A stretch of DNA of 64,000 nucleotides from Trueperaceae bacterium (GTDB lineage Bacteria; Deinococcota; Deinococci; Deinococcales; Trueperaceae): positions 544,001 to 608,000 of the forward strand of contig JAXHNB010000006.1 in NCBI GenBank assembly GCA_034520945.1, read 5' to 3'. The position numbers and the translations under genes were made by a program. Shown here one piece after another: positions 62,157 through 64,000 of this stretch. The notes under the pieces were generated by a model. It was not told the DNA's origin and searched no databases. It saw nothing but the letters and a program-made list of their open reading frames with translations. Numbering within the stretch: the stretch's first letter is position 1; every line of letters starts with the position of its first letter.

Positions 62157-63982
62157 GCTCGGGCGAGCCAGCCCCGCGCGAGGCGCAACGCCAGGCGCGC
62201 CAGCGGCACCAGCAGGTAGCCCAGTGCGACCCCGAGGGTCAGCGCGACCACGGTGCGTTCCAGCGACACCGCCAGGGGCGTGTGGTAGTGGCTGAAGCTG
62301 TTCAGGATGCTGGCTTGGGCGATCACGCCGCCGGTGAGGAGCGGCGCGCGGATCCAGGCGGGCCACCCTTCGCCCGTGACCCCCAGCACGCCCAACGGGT
62401 GGCCCAGCAACTCCTTGAAGCGCGGCCGGGCGAACCAGCTGGACAACGCTTCGCGCACCTCGAGCTCCAGGGCGCTGGCGCCGATCAGCGGCGTGTTGCC
62501 GCGGCGGATCACCACCAAGGCCAGCGCCGCCAACGCGACCATCACCAGGGCGGCGGGGCCGATGCGGATCGGTTGCGCCCACAGCGTGCGGACCCACGCC
62601 GCGGCGCCCCGGTGACGCAACGCCGCGTGCGCCAGGTACAGCGCCGGCGGCACCACCAGCGTCGCCGCGACGCCGCGGAACGGCGCCAACGCCAGCACCG
62701 AGGCGCGGTCGCTGCCGACGGCGACCAGCAGCGCCGCCCCCGCCAGCGTCACGGCGGTGGCGCGCAGCCACGCCGCCCGGTCGTTGGCGAACAGGGCGTA
62801 GCCGAGCACGGGGAACACCAAGGCGGCGGCCAGGGCGATCGCGTCGAACGACGCGCCCGCGGCCGCCAGGCACAGCGCGGCGACGCCCAGTGCGATCCCG
62901 GGTCCCCAAGCGCCCGGGTACGACGTCGCCAGCAGCGCCAGGCCGGCCAGGACGCCGAGCGCCGCCGCCAGGCGCAGCCACGGCGCCGGGTCGTACCCGG
63001 CCAGCTCGTCCCGGGCGGTCGGCAGCGGCCCCACGGTGAAGCCCTCGGCGGCCAAGGTCCGACGCAAGCCGGTGATCACGGCCTCGGTGTTCGCCAGCAT
63101 GGCGCCCTGTTGCTGCTCGGTGTAGGGGCGGAGGTACAGCAGCCGGACGTTGCGTTCGCTGGCGGCCAGGAGGTACTTGTCGACCAGCTCCTCCGGCGCC
63201 AGGCGCCGGTTGACGTAGTCCTGGTTGAAGCTGAGCAGACGCACGGTCGGAACCTTGCCGCGCAGCGCCTCGAAGCCGTCCTGCGGCGTGCCCTCGATGA
63301 TGGCGGTCAGGTATGCCTGCGATCCCTCCACCAGGCCCCTGAGGTCGTGCGGGTGGCCCGCGACGTCCAGCCCCGCGTGCACCAGGTAGCGCGCCTCCGG
63401 CGGGAAGTCGCGGCCCACCTGCCGCAGCCCCGGCGCGTTGCGCGGGCGGTAGGCCAGGTCGAAGCCGGCATCCGCGTAGCGCTGCACCGCCGCCGGGTCG
63501 GGCCCGCCCGGCTGCACCTCCATCACGTCGCCGGAAAACGCGTACCACGTCGTGCCGGCCAACTGGACCTCCGCGGGCGGCGTGGCGGCCTTGGCCCGCA
63601 TGCGCGCCGTCGCCCCCGGCGCCACATCCCGCACGAGCGTCACGTTCGGAGGCAACTCCGGGGCGGGCCGGCCCGCGGCCAGGGCGGCGGCGGTGAGCTC
63701 CGAGCCGAGCGCCGCGGCGGCCCGGCCGGATTCTGCCAGGCTCTCCGGCGTCTGTTCGTACAGGGCGATCCCCGTCAGGCCGAGGTCCTGGTAATGCCGC
63801 GCCAGCTCGAACGTGTCGCGGCCCAGCGCCGACGCCTGCTCGGCCAGGGCCTCGTGGTCCATCACCATCGCGACGTCGCGGGTGCCGTCCTCCACGCCGA
63901 GCCGCTCGAAGATCAACCACGCGGCCGGCAGCAGCGACACCGCCAGCAACGCCCACGCCGCCCGGCGGGCGCGTTCACGCAC
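62153..63982 (-). CDS. DUF5693-like membrane protein (periplasmic domain plus multi-TM C-terminus)
   Basis: ERNVRLLYLRP, PFRGV, RRGN, RPRFKELLGHP, NSFSHYHTP; stop overlaps the csaB start. Confidence 0.75.
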   Translation of the reverse strand: MRERARRAAWALLAVSLLPAAWLIFERLGVEDGTRDVAMVMDHEALAEQASALGRDTFELARHYQDLGLTGIALYEQTPESLAESGRAAAALGSELTAAALAAGRPAPELPPNVTLVRDVAPGATARMRAKAATPPAEVQLAGTTWYAFSGDVMEVQPGGPDPAAVQRYADAGFDLAYRPRNAPGLRQVGRDFPPEARYLVHAGLDVAGHPHDLRGLVEGSQAYLTAIIEGTPQDGFEALRGKVPTVRLLSFNQDYVNRRLAPEELVDKYLLAASERNVRLLYLRPYTEQQQGAMLANTEAVITGLRRTLAAEGFTVGPLPTARDELAGYDPAPWLRLAAALGVLAGLALLATSYPGAWGPGIALGVAALCLAAAGASFDAIALAAALVFPVLGYALFANDRAAWLRATAVTLAGAALLVAVGSDRASVLALAPFRGVAATLVVPPALYLAHAALRHRGAAAWVRTLWAQPIRIGPAALVMVALAALALVVIRRGNTPLIGASALELEVREALSSWFARPRFKELLGHPLGVLGVTGEGWPAWIRAPLLTGGVIAQASILNSFSHYHTPLAVSLERTVVALTLGVALGYLLVPLARLALRLARGWLARA

Positions 63983-64000
63983 GCTTCGCCCCCTCGGCGG

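Noticed and set aside
61140..63956. Apparent long N-terminal extensions or fusions in the ORF track (csaB 938 aa, msbA 937 aa, GT2 847 aa, mrp 778 aa, guaA 782 aa, EVE 554 aa)
   Set aside because: The extensions are R/G/A/P-rich off-frame read-through of neighbouring genes; internal starts with coupling or -10 signals explain the real proteins.

Overview
Gene-dense, very GC-rich chromosomal housekeeping region. Gene content points to Deinococcota, probably a Truepera-like lineage: a non-DAP MurE motif, cinA-recA-rny, csaB+DUF5693, a LEA_2 lipoprotein, tandem deoxynucleoside kinases, and many TAnnnT -10 boxes 5-8 nt before start codons. About 52 CDS; I saw no rRNA, tRNA, CRISPR array or mobile element. 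Most notable: (1) an 11-gene minus-strand cluster mreB-spoIVB(S55)-lpxD-lpxC-Gfo/Idh/MocA(GnnA-like)-fabZ-lpxA-lpxB-msbA-GT2-methyltransferase, suggesting an atypical lipid A-like glycolipid pathway; (2) an uncharacterised three-gene module upstream of tsaE/tsaB, in which two proteins share an N-terminal helical domain and a C-terminal Roadblock/LC7-like domain and flank a secreted/membrane protein; (3) recA with a strong local strand skew, altered codon usage and a G4 motif; (4) several proteins lacking canonical catalytic motifs (CinA deamidase domain, Mrp without CxxC, a membrane pseudokinase); (5) a frameshifted SLC13/TrkA-C permease. All annotations come from motif recognition by eye; no database searches were run.
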